Shown here piece by piece: positions 35,533-48,549 of a stretch of DNA of 64,000 nucleotides. Every line of letters begins with the position of its first letter. Within the stretch, counting starts at the first letter, position 1. Made by a program: the position numbers and the translations under genes. Source of the stretch: Okamejei kenojei (Eukaryota); contig CM069144.1 in the NCBI GenBank assembly GCA_035221665.1, positions 39,308,001-39,372,000 of the forward strand, read 5' to 3'. The notes under the pieces were generated by a model, which made no database searches, was not told where the DNA came from, and was given only the letters and a program-made list of their open reading frames with translations.

Positions 35533-37379
35533 ATATCTAAAATGCCATTGGATAACCTTGCTAATGTCCATTAAATTGATTAATCAAGTCACCTCAGTAG
35601 TTCAGTTTGTATCCATATTCTTTAGGTTATTTCCCAGAAGAGTCACCTTCTAGTTTAACATACAATATGCAGCTTTTTGGGTGCTGTGGTACATTTGCTG
35701 TAAGGATCTGGCTCACTTAAGGCATGAAGAGTCGATTACTATTATTGCAGCTGCAATTTGAAAATTTACATTTACCAGACGATGATCTCTTGAATAAAGA
35801 CTACTGTTGCAGGGAGGGTCCCGAGTTTTTTAGATGGTTACTGTCGACTTGGATGGAGGTGAATTACTGAGCCAGTAGTTGACCATGCTTGCTGATGTTT
35901 TATATAGTAGTACTACACACCAAATTTGTGCCGGGAGCATTACCTGGAGATGTGTTTAAGAAAGATGTGCAGATGCTGGAAAAACCTGGAGATTTTCTTA
36001 TTTCTCCATTTTGTAAACGGATACATTCTGTAGCTGTAAAATATTTACTAAATCAAATATCCCGTTAATGCAGTAAAGGAGCCGGATTGTCTGAGGAGCC
36101 ATAGGTTCTGGTTTTGTTCTCTGAAGGCAGGTGCATGGTACAAAGGTATTATTTGCACCATTGGGTTGTAAGGGTTGAAGTTAGATGTCTGTTTATTGGT
36201 ATCATTGTTCTTACTGATTAACTGCAGTGATCCTTGTATACCAATGCTATGTGAGGAACTGTATAATCTACAATAATGCATCAAGGCAAATTTTTTTTTC
36301 CTCGGGAGGTTTTATCAAAGTCCTTTAATAGACATCACAGAGAATCATTTAATTGCCTGACTAGGTAAACTGAACCAGTTGTTGTTGATACACATAGGAG
36401 AGCTAAGGGAAGCAACACAATGGACAAGTTTGTATTAAACAGAGTGATAAAACTCTGGGAAAGTAAGGAAAATGTTTTTGATGTAAGCTGTTATTGATAG
36501 GTGTCAAAGGAAAGGCTGGCACAAATCACAGCTGCTCCACGCAGAGACTGTGCCTAATGTGTCTGTCAAACATTTTGCTGTATTATTTATGTGTCATTGT
36601 ACTTTAATAGGTGCCTATCGACCATGATTATGTCACACTTTATCTGCTTGTGAGGTGTGGTGGGCAAAAGTGATAAACTCATTTCAGTGTAGAAAACTCC
36701 AGATGCCAAATTTTCTTTATATGCCCATAAATTGCATAGACTATACAACAGAACAGTACACCACAAGAACAGGCCCTTCAGCCCACATTGTCTGCGCCAA
36801 ATATGATGCCAAGACAATCTGCCTTATCTGCCTGCATGTAATCCATTTGCCTATGATATGAATAAAAGACAGCTTTAAACATGCAGGGAATGCTCAGCAG
36901 TCAGTCAACATCTAAGAAGATGTTGCTGACCATTCATCAAAGTTGATTGGTACTAAGATTCAGGCTAGTTGACCAAATGGCTTTGGATTTTGAACCATGC
37001 ATTTGAAACAGAAACATCTGAGCAACAATTCGATTCTGCCCCATAGGAGTAATCTTTCCTCAGAAAACAGAGCAAACATTTTCAGCATTGTAAACTGCAG
37101 AATGGAAGGTTTGATCAGTGGAGCTGTTTAACTCTTCTTAGAGCAGACGATGAAAATAATTTCTGCTAAGATGCTTCATAATAGTGCTTATAATTGCTTC
37201 ATAATAACTTGTGCTTTGGTGAATGAAATGTTTGAATTTTGAAAACCATATCTTAGGTGGTTAGATTGTGATTTATTTCGCTGATGCTCTTAAAGCACTG
37301 TAAAAAATATATATAAATTCCCTTTCCATAAAATAATGTGGATATCCTGATCAGTCATTAAACAGGATGTGCTGATGTG

Positions 37380-37515
37380 NNNNNNNNNNNNNNNNNNNNN
37401 NNNNNNNNNNNNNNNNNNNNNNNNNNNNNNNNNNNNNNNNNNNNNNNNNNNNNNNNNNNNNNNNNNNNNNNNNNNNNNNNNNNNNNNNNNNNNNNNNNNN
37501 NNNNNNNNNNNNNNN
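37380..37515. other. Assembly gap or masked stretch (136 N) covering the exon 4 branch point and pyrimidine tract
   Basis: The N run ends one base (G37516) before the exon. Confidence 0.98.
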
Positions 37516-37516
37516 G

Positions 37517-37768
37517 CCTCAGTTCACGAACTTGGGGCTCCTCAACAGTATGGAGCAACAGATACCGAACGGATCATCCTCCACCAGCCCCTACAACAAC
37601 GACCACACTCCCAGCATCACAGCACCCTCGCCATATGCTCAGCCCAGCTCCACCTTCGAGGCTCTCTCACCCTCACCAGCCATCCCGTCAAACACAGATT
37701 ATCCAGGCCCACATGGGTTTGATGTGTCATTCCAGCAGTCCAGCACAGCCAAGTCTGCCACGTGGACA
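37517..37768 (+). CDS. TP63: TP63 exon 4 (proline-rich region and start of the DNA-binding domain), 84 codons
   Basis: [84 protein letters not shown], donor ACA|gtaagt. Only the G of the acceptor AG is visible. Confidence 0.97.
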
Positions 37769-39219
37769 GTAAGTTATCTCAACCAACGATTTCCTGGTGC
37801 ATGCACTGAATTTGATGTTCACCATATATATGACAGCTTTAATAGCATCCAAGCCAGTGGATAAGCGTTGGTTTCTAATCTTGGAAAATACATCTACCTT
37901 GAAGGTTTGGTCAAGTTTGTGAAATGGGCAAAAAAGGACTAAAAAAAATATATATTTTAAGATGATACATTTTGGAAGGTAGGAACAGGGGCTGGGAATA
38001 ATCAATAGAAGAAGTATGGAGAGATAGAACCAAGTGTTTACTTGTTGTACAAGTGTCAATGCAAGATTCAGATCAGTGTATTGTCATATCCACCAGAGTG
38101 CAATGAAATTCCATGTTCGCAACAACAGATTCCAGCTGAAATTTAAAACTTAGAAATATTGAAGAGAGAACAAAGAAGGAATTATAGGTTTGAGCATAAT
38201 GTTATACCATACTTGGAGTTTTGAGGTTACCACCATCCATGAGTGAGTGGATTGGTAACAGAGTTACGTGGGATAATGGTGTTTTTTTACAGTAGAAGAG
38301 GAGTGGCAGTTTCCAAAGCTGAAGCATTTTGCTAATATGAATAGGAAGGATATTCCTACTCTGGAGAGAGAATAAAAAGGGATCAGACGTTTGTTTATTT
38401 GTTTGAGTATTGAGACCTTGCTTTGGGAAAATCTTTTTAATTGATTCATCTCCCTGCCTTTTTTTGGCCTGCCTGGTTTGTCATATAGCCTGTGCTAAAG
38501 CTGACAGGCTATTTGTACCTTCCCCTATGCAATCACTGTCTTAATGTGATAATGAGCTAACTGGTCAGTAAGCATTCTGAATAATGTAATCCCTGATGAT
38601 ATTATGGCCCAGATTCACAGCAGATAGCACAGCAAAGACGTGAAGGGCCGAATGGCGTACTCCTGCACCTATTTTCTATGTTTCTACATTTCTATTTGCA
38701 ATGCCTGTTTATGTTTTTACAAGATGTATGGTTGTTACTGGCAAGGCCAGAATGTGTAGTCCCTCTAATGTGCCTAGAACCATTCCTGGCATTGGTTACG
38801 ATCGGGCATCAGTTAAGCTGTGTCCTTGGTGTCCAGATGACATTTAAGAGCTCTCACAGACAGGAACATGGACATTTTCATTACTTTAAAATATACATTT
38901 TTTTATGTAATTATTTTTATAATAGCCAATCTACAGTGTATATTTTTAAATGGTAATTAGAGCCAGATGTTGAAACTGTGACTATACATTATAAACTCAG
39001 TTGGATCTTGTGTACTAAGCACAACATTATCAGGCCATGAGAAGAAACGACCCACAACAGGTTGCAGACCCTCTTGTGCAGTGAAAGCAATTGATAATAG
39101 TTTCACAATTTTTGCAACTACAGTAATTCTGCTCAAGCAAAAAATATTTTTTATTCATCAGAACCGGTGAGCCGTCAAACCACGTGAGAAACAGCAATAT
39201 CAAACAGAACCAGATCAAA

Positions 39220-39339
39220 TGTAATGAAAAGGAACTGCAGGTGTTGATTTAAACCAAAGATAGCCACAAAATGCTGGAGTAACACAGCAAGTCTGGCGGC
39301 ATCTCTGGATAGGTGATGTTTCGGATTGGGACCCTTTTT
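39220..39339 (-). mobile_element. Penelope-derived unit with 15-bp TSD
   Basis: CAGAACCAGATCAAA at 39205-39219 and 39340-39354. Confidence 0.8.
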
Positions 39340-39891
39340 CAGAACCAGATCAAACATTGTTTTCAGCTAAATTTCTTGTGCTCACATTCTTTAAAGATCG
39401 GTGCATGTTAGGGAAAAGACAGATGTGGATATAACAATGAGTGATGCTGAATCGGTGTACGTAGATGAGCATTTCATAAATACAGTGCAATGACTTGGAT
39501 TGCCGATGGAAAGGTAGAAGTGAATGGAAAGCTCAAGTCTCTGTAGCATCATTGGAATTGCAGTAATGTGATGTGATAACTAAATCAGAGATACTGGAAA
39601 TCCTTAGCAAGTTAGCATTGATGTCAAGTAAACTAGAGTGAATGGGATTGATCACTGGACTTCCATCAGAATGATCAGCATTTGAAGAAAGATGAAACCT
39701 TAAATCTGTTTCCTTCTCCACTTAGAGGTAGAATGTTTCCAGTGTCTGAGGATTCAAGGATAGAAAAACTTAAGGGATTGAGAAGAGGGAATAGAAGAAA
39801 CTTCCTGACTCAGAACCATGAGTCTGTGGGATTAGAGTCATAGAGCTGTACAGCATGGAAACGGACCATGGGCTGGTCTCATATGTCTGCA

Positions 39892-40551
39892 GGGTACACA
39901 AAAAGCTGGAGAAACTCAGCGGGTGCAGCAGCATCTAAGGAGCGAAGGAGATAGGCGACGTTTCGGGTCGAGACCCTTCTTCAGACTGGTCAGGGATCAG
40001 GGAAATGAGAGATATAGACGGTGATGTGGAGAGATAAGGAACAATGAGTGAAAGATATGCAAAGAAGTATCGGTGATAAAGGGAACAAGCCATTGTAAGC
40101 TGTTTGTGGTGTGAAAATGAGAAGCTGGTGCGACTGGGGTGGGGGAGGGAGATGGAGATGGAGGGAATGCCAGGGCCCGAGGGCTGAGGGAGAGGTGGGA
40201 AGGGGAGGAGACAGCAAGGGTTAACAGAATTGAGAAAATTCAATATTCAAGCCCAAAGGATGCAGACTCCCCAAGCGGAATATGAGGTGCTGTTCCTCCA
40301 GCTTGCGGTGTTGCTCACTCTGGCCGTGGAGGAGGCCCAGGACCGAGAGGTCGGATGTGGAATGGGAGGGGGAGTTGAAGTGCTGAGCCACCGGGAGGTC
40401 GGGTTGGTTATTGCGGACCGAGCGGAGGTGTTCGGCGAAGCGATCGCCAAGCCTCCGCTTGGTTTCACCGATATAGATCATTAGGAGAGCTGAGTTTCTC
40501 CAGCTTTTTGTGTACCCTCGATTCTCCAGCATCTGCAGTTCCTTCTTTAAA
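39892..40551 (-). mobile_element. Young 5'-truncated Penelope-like element (GIY-YIG C-terminus, pLTR with intact hammerhead core, inverted 5' piece); 13-bp TSD
   Basis: IYIGETKRRLGDRFAEHLRSVRNNQPDLPVAQHFN..EEQHLIFRLGSLHPLGLNIEFSQF. Core at 39957-39984. TCATATGTCTGCA at 39879-39891 and 40552-40564. Confidence 0.93.
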
Positions 40552-41479
40552 TCATATGTCTGCATTTGTCTTGGCTCTTACTAAACAGCAAACTTAAATT
40601 CCAAAATATACAGGGATTTATTTGTAGTGCACCGTGTTTATGGTCTAAAGAAATTGTGTATTGTTTCCATTGAAAATGCTTCGTGATAACATAACATATG
40701 ACAGAGACATCACCAATGGACAAAGTACCGAAGAATTTAATTTTTAGTCTGTTCCTTGTGTGCCAGTGGTATATCGGTCGGTGCGTGGCAGACAGTACTC
40801 TGGTTTACTGCTTTCACATTGGTTGTGAATCGATGAGAACACTTTTGGAATCAGTGCAGCTGGTTCTATGAGCTGGGGTTTTGGACCTTCACAACCCTGC
40901 GGCAAATAGCTTGGCTCTTTGTTCTCCATTGATTCTAAACTGGGATGCCCAGGAATGATTCTGCTTTAGACTATTCTGTCTTGCTGTGTGTGAGTGGCTA
41001 ACCCTATCTCCCCAGGATACCATATTTGAGTCCAGACTTTATAGTTTTCATTCAAATACTTGAGCTAAAGCAAGATGCAGCATGCACAGAACATCTGCTA
41101 CCAGCCCATTCAACATGTGACGAGGCACAAACTTGTTTCTGTGCCAAGACCTGTTACGACTTGTTTTTCACATCAAGTACTTCTAAACATCAGGCACACA
41201 CAGTACCTGGGATTCTATAGATTTCACAATGTTTTGGAATGCCTGTGCACTGAGGAAAAACCTCTGAAATGGAAATCAGAAAAGGTTGAAAATCAATCAA
41301 ATGCGACACATTTACAGTATCGCTCTACAGCATGAAATGGGCCTTCCTTTGGACCACTTTGTCCATACTGATCAAGTTGTCACACTGTATACAGCATGGA
41401 AACAGGCCCTTCGGCCCAAATCATTCATACTTAGTAAATTTGCGAATTAAACAAAAAATATTGCTGTAGTGGTAGTACA

Positions 41480-42130
41480 CAAGGTTATCTCAGGTTACAA
41501 AAGGATATGATCAACAGGGCCAATGAACTGAGAATGGTAGGTGAATGCAAGATGGAGTACTTTGGTGCGACAAACCAGGGAGGACTTGCACATTAAATAG
41601 TAGGGCCCTGGGTAATGTTGTACAACAGGAAGGCCGATGAGTTCAGGTACATAGAAGGTGTTGACACAGGTGGACAGGGTGGTGATGCAGGCGTTTGGCG
41701 CACTTGCTTTCATTGATCAAGGTATTGAATTCAGCACTTGGAACATCATATTATATCAGTGTAAGACATTGATAAGGCCAGTTTTGGGGTATTGTGTACA
41801 TTTATGGTTGCCCTGTAGGTAGGATGTCATCAAACTGGAAAGGGTGTAAAGAAGATTTATGAAGAAGTCCGGGTCCAGAGGGTTTGAATTATGAGGAGAA
41901 GCTTGATAGGCTGGGATTTTTTTTTTTACCTGGAGCATTGGAGGCTGAGGTGTGATGTTATCGAAGTGAGGGGCATAGGTAAGGTGGATTGTACCTGTCT
42001 TTTCCCCAGGGTAGGAGAGTCTAAAACTTGTTGACGTAGATTTAAAGTGCGAGGAAAATTATCTGAAGGGGACCTCTGGGTACACTTTTCACACAGGGTG
42101 GTGAGTTGATGGAACATGATGCCAGAGCAA
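41480..42130 (+). mobile_element. Old CR1 RT C-terminus and 3' end
   Basis: Degenerate LYQCKTLIRPVLGYCVHLWLP..DVIKLERV..FTQGGELMEH. Confidence 0.7.
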
Positions 42131-42139
42131 GTGTTAGAT

Positions 42140-42560
42140 TCAAGAATTTATCACATTATGCACGTACAGTAAAGTACATGTGCAATGAAATTCTTGTTTC
42201 CAACAGTTTTACACACACAACATAAATTATCCATAACTTATACAAGAAAGTGAAGTTAAAAATATGCAAAACAAATCAGTAATGATAAATGTAAATAGAA
42301 AACAAGTCTAGATAGTGCAAGAGATGGTCTGTAGTGTTCCCTTGGGTTAGGGCTGTGCAGGCTGGGTTCAAGAACCTGATGGTTGTCGGAAAGTAGCTGT
42401 TCCTGAACCTGGTGGTATGGGACTTCGGACTTCTGTACCTGATGGTAGCAGCGAAAAGAGAGCATGACCCAGATAGTGAGGATCCTTGATGATAAATGCT
42501 GCCTCTTTGAGGCAGCGCTTCATGTAGATGCTTTAGATGGAAGAGGTGGCTGTACCCGAG
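42140..42560 (-). mobile_element. Old Rex1/Babar-like LINE 3' end
   Basis: Minus ORF contains RYRSPKSHTTRFRNSYFPTTIRFLN. Confidence 0.75.
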
Positions 42561-42882
42561 CAGAGAAACACTCCATTGGATTGTGTCCCGTAAATCTTCT
42601 GCTCTCATTAAAAGACAGGACTACTTGCTTCGAGAAATGTAATTAACAGATAGAATCTTTGTCATGCAAGCAGGAACTACCTGTTCACATCCCATATTTC
42701 CTTCTGTTCCTTCACCCCTGTAATATTTTGCTTTGTGCCCCTCCAGGCTGAGGCTTCCAACTTTTAGGCATCAGCAACAATGCCCAGGGATGTTATTTGG
42801 GTATCGCTCACCACCACTCCTTCCAGATTGTGGGCTCTCCCTCCAATTGTACTTTAAACCCTTTCTGGTTACACTGAAATGG

Positions 42883-43008
42883 AGAAACAAGAGACTACGG
42901 ATGCTGGAATCTTGAGCAAAAAAAAACAAACTGCTGGAGGAGCTCACCGGGTCAGGCAGCATCTGTGGAGGGATATGGGCATACATTGTTCCGGGTCAGG
43001 ACCCCTGA
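42883..43008 (-). mobile_element. Penelope-derived unit
   Basis: gatgctggaatcttgagc..ctgctggaggagctcaccgggtcaggcagcatctgtgg..cgggtcaggaccc. Confidence 0.75.
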
Positions 43009-43188
43009 CTCCTCACATCAGTTTGTCAGCTCACGCATCCAGTGCAGAGTCCTAACTTCAGAAACCACACTATAACACCATGGATATGAGATAGGTACTG
43101 GGTACCGTGTGGCCTTGGCTTCCCTGTGCCCAAAGTCATGTGGAAAACATATCTTGCATCCAATTTAATATCCCCTGTTTTACCTGAA

Positions 43189-43374
43189 GCAAAAATTATC
43201 ACTTTGGCTGAAGCGGCACTGAAATGTTAAATATAACTGAAAAACTGTAACCGAAGGGCAAGAGTTTTGAATAAATAAAAGAATGGCATTATTTATTCAA
43301 AACTCTTTTCCTTTGGTTGCTGATTCTCAGCTATATTGCTGAAGTACTGCTTCAGTCAAAGTGATCATTTTTGC
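43189..43374. repeat. 186-bp imperfect palindrome (long hairpin)
   Basis: Perfect 19-bp inner arms at 43260-43278 and 43289-43307 with a 10-nt loop. Pairing continues out to gcaaaaattatcactttggctgaagc / gcttcagtcaaagtgatcatttttgc. Confidence 0.9.
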
Positions 43375-44562
43375 CCTTTCCCCTTACCTCTGTGAACCGG
43401 TGTTGTTTTTTTCCAGACACCAGGCAGGTGTGTGTGTTTTTTATAGTTTGAAAGAAAGGCTCTATCTGCCTGACACATGAAACAGATTTCAGACTTTGCA
43501 GGACATGACACTACTTGCAAGCTATGCAAGAGAGGCAAGACCAGAGGCGCCGGAGAGCCTACCAACGCGTCCGTTTGTGTTGTAACTTGCCTGTGTCTAT
43601 CGCCCACAGCGTGAGTCTGGGCGAGGGAAGCCACCTCCATTCCAAAAACCTACCTGATCAAACCTGTCCTGCCCTGGCTGAGAAACTTTGAAGTAAACAG
43701 GAACAATTACTCACCATAGTCATGTGGCTTACTGGAAGATTGGAGCATTGATAATCCAGTAAATGTTCCAAAGAAAACCCATCATTGCCACCAATGACGT
43801 TTCTGTGTGATACTGATCTTTGCAAACATTCTGGGGTCTTTCCTACCGATAGGTTTAAAACTGTGTCTACAGGTTTCTTTTTGGAAAATATTCCTTATTT
43901 TAAAAGAAATTGCAAGTATTTATGGTGTGTCCAGGTCACTGTTTTAAGTGTAAGACATCTTTTACTATTTGTTCATATCAGCAACACATCCACTTTTTCT
44001 TCACAAACATTGCATGACCGACAAGTCCAAGAGGGTTTTACATGGTTCCAAATGCTCATTGTATAAAGGTGGAAGGTCCTCTCCCTGTGGCCACTCTCTA
44101 TGGAGCCCTAACTGGCCTGTACCCAGCTTCAGAGTATTCCTGAACAGAGAGCATAAATGTGCCAGTCTGCCACATTTGGTTGTGGTCAGCTCCAGAAGAT
44201 AGCATGTTTCAGAGAAACCAGAAGCAACTCAATCGCCTTGCTGTTCGTCTAGCAGCAGTCATTGTTTGTCTCTGGATGCAACCCTATGAACGTATCATGG
44301 AGCAGAGTCCTGCTCAGGATAGAGTTCCATAAACACCACCACTTCCCTTTCCAGCCTCACTAGACAAAAGAATAATCCCAAAGGAGATGTATAACGGTCT
44401 CATCCCCTGCACAACCGTCTCAAGGACAGCGTGTGATGATGCTGTGTATGAAGGACCTTACAGGAGGAGCCTTTTCACCATCAGCCAACTTAGGTCCTGG
44501 TGCTTGTTTGAAACGTCTGGTGACAAGGCATTGCATGAGATCACAGAGTGCTCATGGAATAT

Positions 44563-44710
44563 TTAGTTTAGAGATACAGCATAGAAACAGGCTCTTCAGC
44601 CCACCGAGTCCACGCCGACCAGCGATCACCTATACACTAGTTCTATCCTACACACACGAGGGACAATTTAACAAAAGCCAATTAACCTACAACCTAATGT
44701 TTGAATGTCT
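44563..44710 (-). mobile_element. 3' half of a V-SINE (HE1-like)
   Basis: agagatacagcatagaaacaggc..gagggacaattta..agccaattaacctacaa is the reverse complement of the SINE tail seen at about 52250. Confidence 0.65.
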
Positions 44711-46747
44711 GACTCGAGATCCACTTTCTCCTTTTCCTGTAGGCCTCCAGAGAATTCCTGGGTCATTAGGGTAGGGACAATGCTGGCTACATTTTGTTCA
44801 CCCCTTCTCAGGAGGTTTGTACAGAGCATCTCTGCAGATGAGATTCATTTTGGATCTGCAAGCCAAGTGTGTGACTGCATCAACAGAGAAGTGGGGAATG
44901 AGTTGCACCAGTACTGTACAGCAACAGCATCTGGCCTCTGACAACCAGTTTCTTCCCCACCATCGAGAGGGAGCAGATCATCATTCCCACATTCTCTTTT
45001 TCTGCTTTGTTGGCTTTGAGCTGCACCCATTTTTTGATGCTGCCTTGGCAACTGCACTCCCTCCCAGCACCCTCACAAAATCATCTTCAGCTGCAGGGTG
45101 TGCTGCAGGACTGGATGTTCCTGCCTGGTTTCCAGCTGTCATTTTAACCTTGGCCTTGTAAACTTTAGAAAACACTCCCAAGCTTAGAAGTTCTGAAGAA
45201 TAAAAGTCTCACCTTTGCCTTTTAAATCCAGATGTCTGTTGTATGACTTGCTTGACTGTGGATGGTTTAAGTCTAATTACTAATATTCAAAACAAGCAAG
45301 GAACCAGAAATACAAGTATTGCCATTGGATCAGATGTGACTGTGCTTACTTTCCTACACTTTAGGGAGTATTTAATATTTTAACAGGCTATTTTCTCATG
45401 TCATGTTTTCCTAACTGACTGGACACATGAACCTAACTCTTTGTCCTTCATGTACTAATTGCCCAGTTCACAGCCTTCAGTTCTATAATTTCTCTTCATC
45501 TCCAGCATTTGCCCAAAACATACCCAAAATAACTTGTCACCATGCCGGCATTGTGGCTACCTGGGACTGAGGGATGGTAGGGACTGAGGGAGCATTGCAC
45601 TTTTTTTCCCCCAGTATAAATATGACATTTATTTCCCTCAGCAACATAAATCGTTCTTTCCCAAGTTTACGGCAGTGCTGATTACACAACAAACAGGCAT
45701 GTTAACATGAAGCAGAGAATTATTATAAACTGTGATCACTCTCCTCCCCTTCATACCCTTAATCGTGCAGCCTCCCCAGGAGCATCTGTGGATCAGTACA
45801 TCTGAATTTAAAGGTTTACTGATGTGCGGATTGAAGGAGTTTGGAGACTCAGACGGTCAAGCTCTGCGGGGAGCTGTTGACAGCTCCCCCAACTGTGGCA
45901 GGTCAGGGGCGAGCATCGCACTATGCGAAGGGCAGTACTGAGGGAGCGCCGCTGTGTGAGAAGGACAGTGAGGGAATGCGGTACTGTGGGAGGGGTGGTA
46001 CTGAGGGCTGAAGAACAGATAGGTTTTGAGTTCAAGGAAAGTAGGAATCCTGGACTCCCAGGATTTCAAATAGTTTACAAATAGGTGTTTCTACATTTCT
46101 TGCTCATTCTGGGTTTTCTGTACACATGGTCCTTGTGTATAGTCACACCCTTTCAAACACCTCATCTGCTGTCCATTCTACCAGTATCACTGTCCTGCTT
46201 TGTCTATCCACTAATGTGGGAATTGTATCCTGCACAGCTTTATTTAACTTACCAATATAGAGCAATGAAAGCAGTGGTCCTGCCATTGATCCCTCAGGAA
46301 TACTAGTGAACACTGCCAGTCTAAAAATTGTTTGCAACGACTCTGCTTTTGGTCAGAGGCAGTTTCTTCTCGGTGGAACCGCTGATCGTTTAATACCACG
46401 GACTTCAATGTTGCTTTTTGAGTGGGTCTATTAACCACAAACAACAAATCAATGTTAACTTCAACCTTTTCTGTGAGGCAATATGGCTAATTAACCTTGT
46501 GTGACAGAATTCCACAAATTCGCCACCACTGAACAATTTCTCCTCGTCAGTGCTAAATGTTCTTCTCCACATTCAGAGACCGCGATGCCTGGCTCTACAC
46601 TCCCAGCCTGGGGAAGGATCGTGTCACAATGTGTCTTTTGATGAGATTTCCTCTCATTCTTCTAATCTGGATTTGATTGCTGGTGACAATCTCTCCTTGT
46701 GTGGCGGTCTGCTATATCTGGATAGAATCAAAAAGTTCAGATAGAAT

Positions 46748-46815
46748 CACTCAGCAGGTCAGGCAGCATCTCTGGAGAAAAGGAATAGGTGACGTATCGG
46801 GTCGAGAGCCTCCTA
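46748..46815 (-). mobile_element. Penelope-derived unit fragment
   Basis: actcagcaggtcaggcagcatctctggagaaaaggaataggtgacgtatcgggtcgagag. Confidence 0.75.
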
Positions 46816-47289
46816 CCTGGGACTGCTTTGGGGAACCTTTGCACTCACTGGATGGCAAGTTCAGGTTGAAACACTAGCCTACCATTCCATGGTACGATGT
46901 GCTTTGAATTTGTAGTATAGATCTGTACTAAATAACAAATTCTATTTAAGAACAGCACTAGTTAACCTAGCAGGGCAATTTCTACCATCTCAGCCAACGT
47001 TGTTGCCAACTTACAGAATGTTTGGATGATAGACCGTTTTCAGAAACCTGCGTGACCTGGAGAGTGTTTACACTTAAAGAGAACCGATTCCCTGGTCAGA
47101 GGAAGATGATGGGGTAATTTCTGTGGTCCAGCACCACTCCGCTCCCAAGCGAGCCAGATTAGAGTTCTAACCTGTGTATTCTTCTTTAGATCAGCATATG
47201 GGAATTGCAGAGTACTCCAGATGTGGTCTCACCAAGGTTGTGTATGGATGTAGTAAGCCTGCTGCATCGTATCCTGTGACACCTGGTAG

Positions 47290-47545
47290 GAAAACAAAGT
47301 GCTGGAGGAACTCAGCGGTTCAGGCAGCATCTGTGGAAGAAATGACAATAGACAAAGGAGTAGGCCATTCGAGCCAGCACCGCCATTCAATGTGGTCATG
47401 GCTGCTCATCCACAATTAGTACCCCGTTCCTGCCTTCTCTCCATATCCCTTAACTTCCCTATCCCTAAGAGCTCTATCTAACTCTCTTGAAAGCATCCAG
47501 AGAACCAGCCTCATGGACAGATTATGTTTCGGGTAAGGACCCTTA
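47290..47545 (-). mobile_element. Penelope-derived unit split by a CR1 tail (about 47346-47512)
   Basis: The unit halves ..catctgtggaagaaatg and atggacagattatgtttcgggtaaggaccc flank a minus-strand CR1 3' end. Confidence 0.7.
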
Positions 47546-48549
47546 GGACGTGGAAATTGAATGAGAAACAGAGTATGCTTAACTAGAACGTGTACCAAAC
47601 TAATCCCATATTAGCTCTCTCAGTCAAGACCCACAAGCATGTCCTGACCACTAATAAGGCAGTTCCAGGCACTTAGGAAAGCTAACTCTGGGCAAGCTTT
47701 TTAGAGAATGAAAGTACCAGCAACTGTCTGATGTGCTGCTACTGCTTTGTAGCTCCTGCCATTGAGTTGGAGACTGCAATCAGGGTTGTTGCTGAGTCGC
47801 CCACTTTCTCAGCACTTGCAACTGGTAAACCGGTCTGTAGCCACAGGGAACTGAGCAAGTTGGAGTTGGGTGAATTCAGAAGCTCTCTCCATAACACCAC
47901 CTCCTGGATTGAGTTTGCATTGCAATAGTTTCACACAGCTATTTCCCTACAGACCAAAAGGCATTTTTGTGGTCATTTCTAAGCAATGTTATTTATTTTT
48001 TTAATGTAGCCAAAATAATAGAATTAAAAGCACAGTAATAACAACATTTAAAAGACATTTGGACAGGTACATCGATAGGGATGTTTAGAGGGATACGGCT
48101 CACAAACACAGACAAATGGGCCAAATGTAGATGTGGTATGGAAGGTTAGGCTGAGGGGGCAGTTTCCATGCTGTATGACTATGACTAATGCCATATTTTT
48201 AATGATATGTGGATCCAAAAGGTTTTGATCAGAGAGAATGGTAATGTCAGCTAGAGATCAAGGGTCTATTGTATTCAGTTTTTGTAATTTGCCAGCAAAG
48301 TCAGCATTTCATGGCCATTCTTTTCATTTATTTAATGGCCATTCCCTGCTAACATGGTATAAATTGCTTCCTCGAACCATTTAAATTCTAATGAAGCTAC
48401 ACCCCAGGACTGATGGGAGAGGGAGTTCCCCGATGACAAGATTATGTTAGATTTCCAATTCATGGGCATTCTGTCTATGTCCTCCTATGGTTGGAGGTTT
48501 GAGGGCTGTTATAGATAAGTCTAGATAAGAAATAAACAAATGAATTGTA

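Noticed and set aside
37532-37864. ORF-track boundaries for exon 4, and 62910..63296 for exon 5
   Set aside because: These ORFs run into intron; splice sites define 37517-37768 and 63054-63240.
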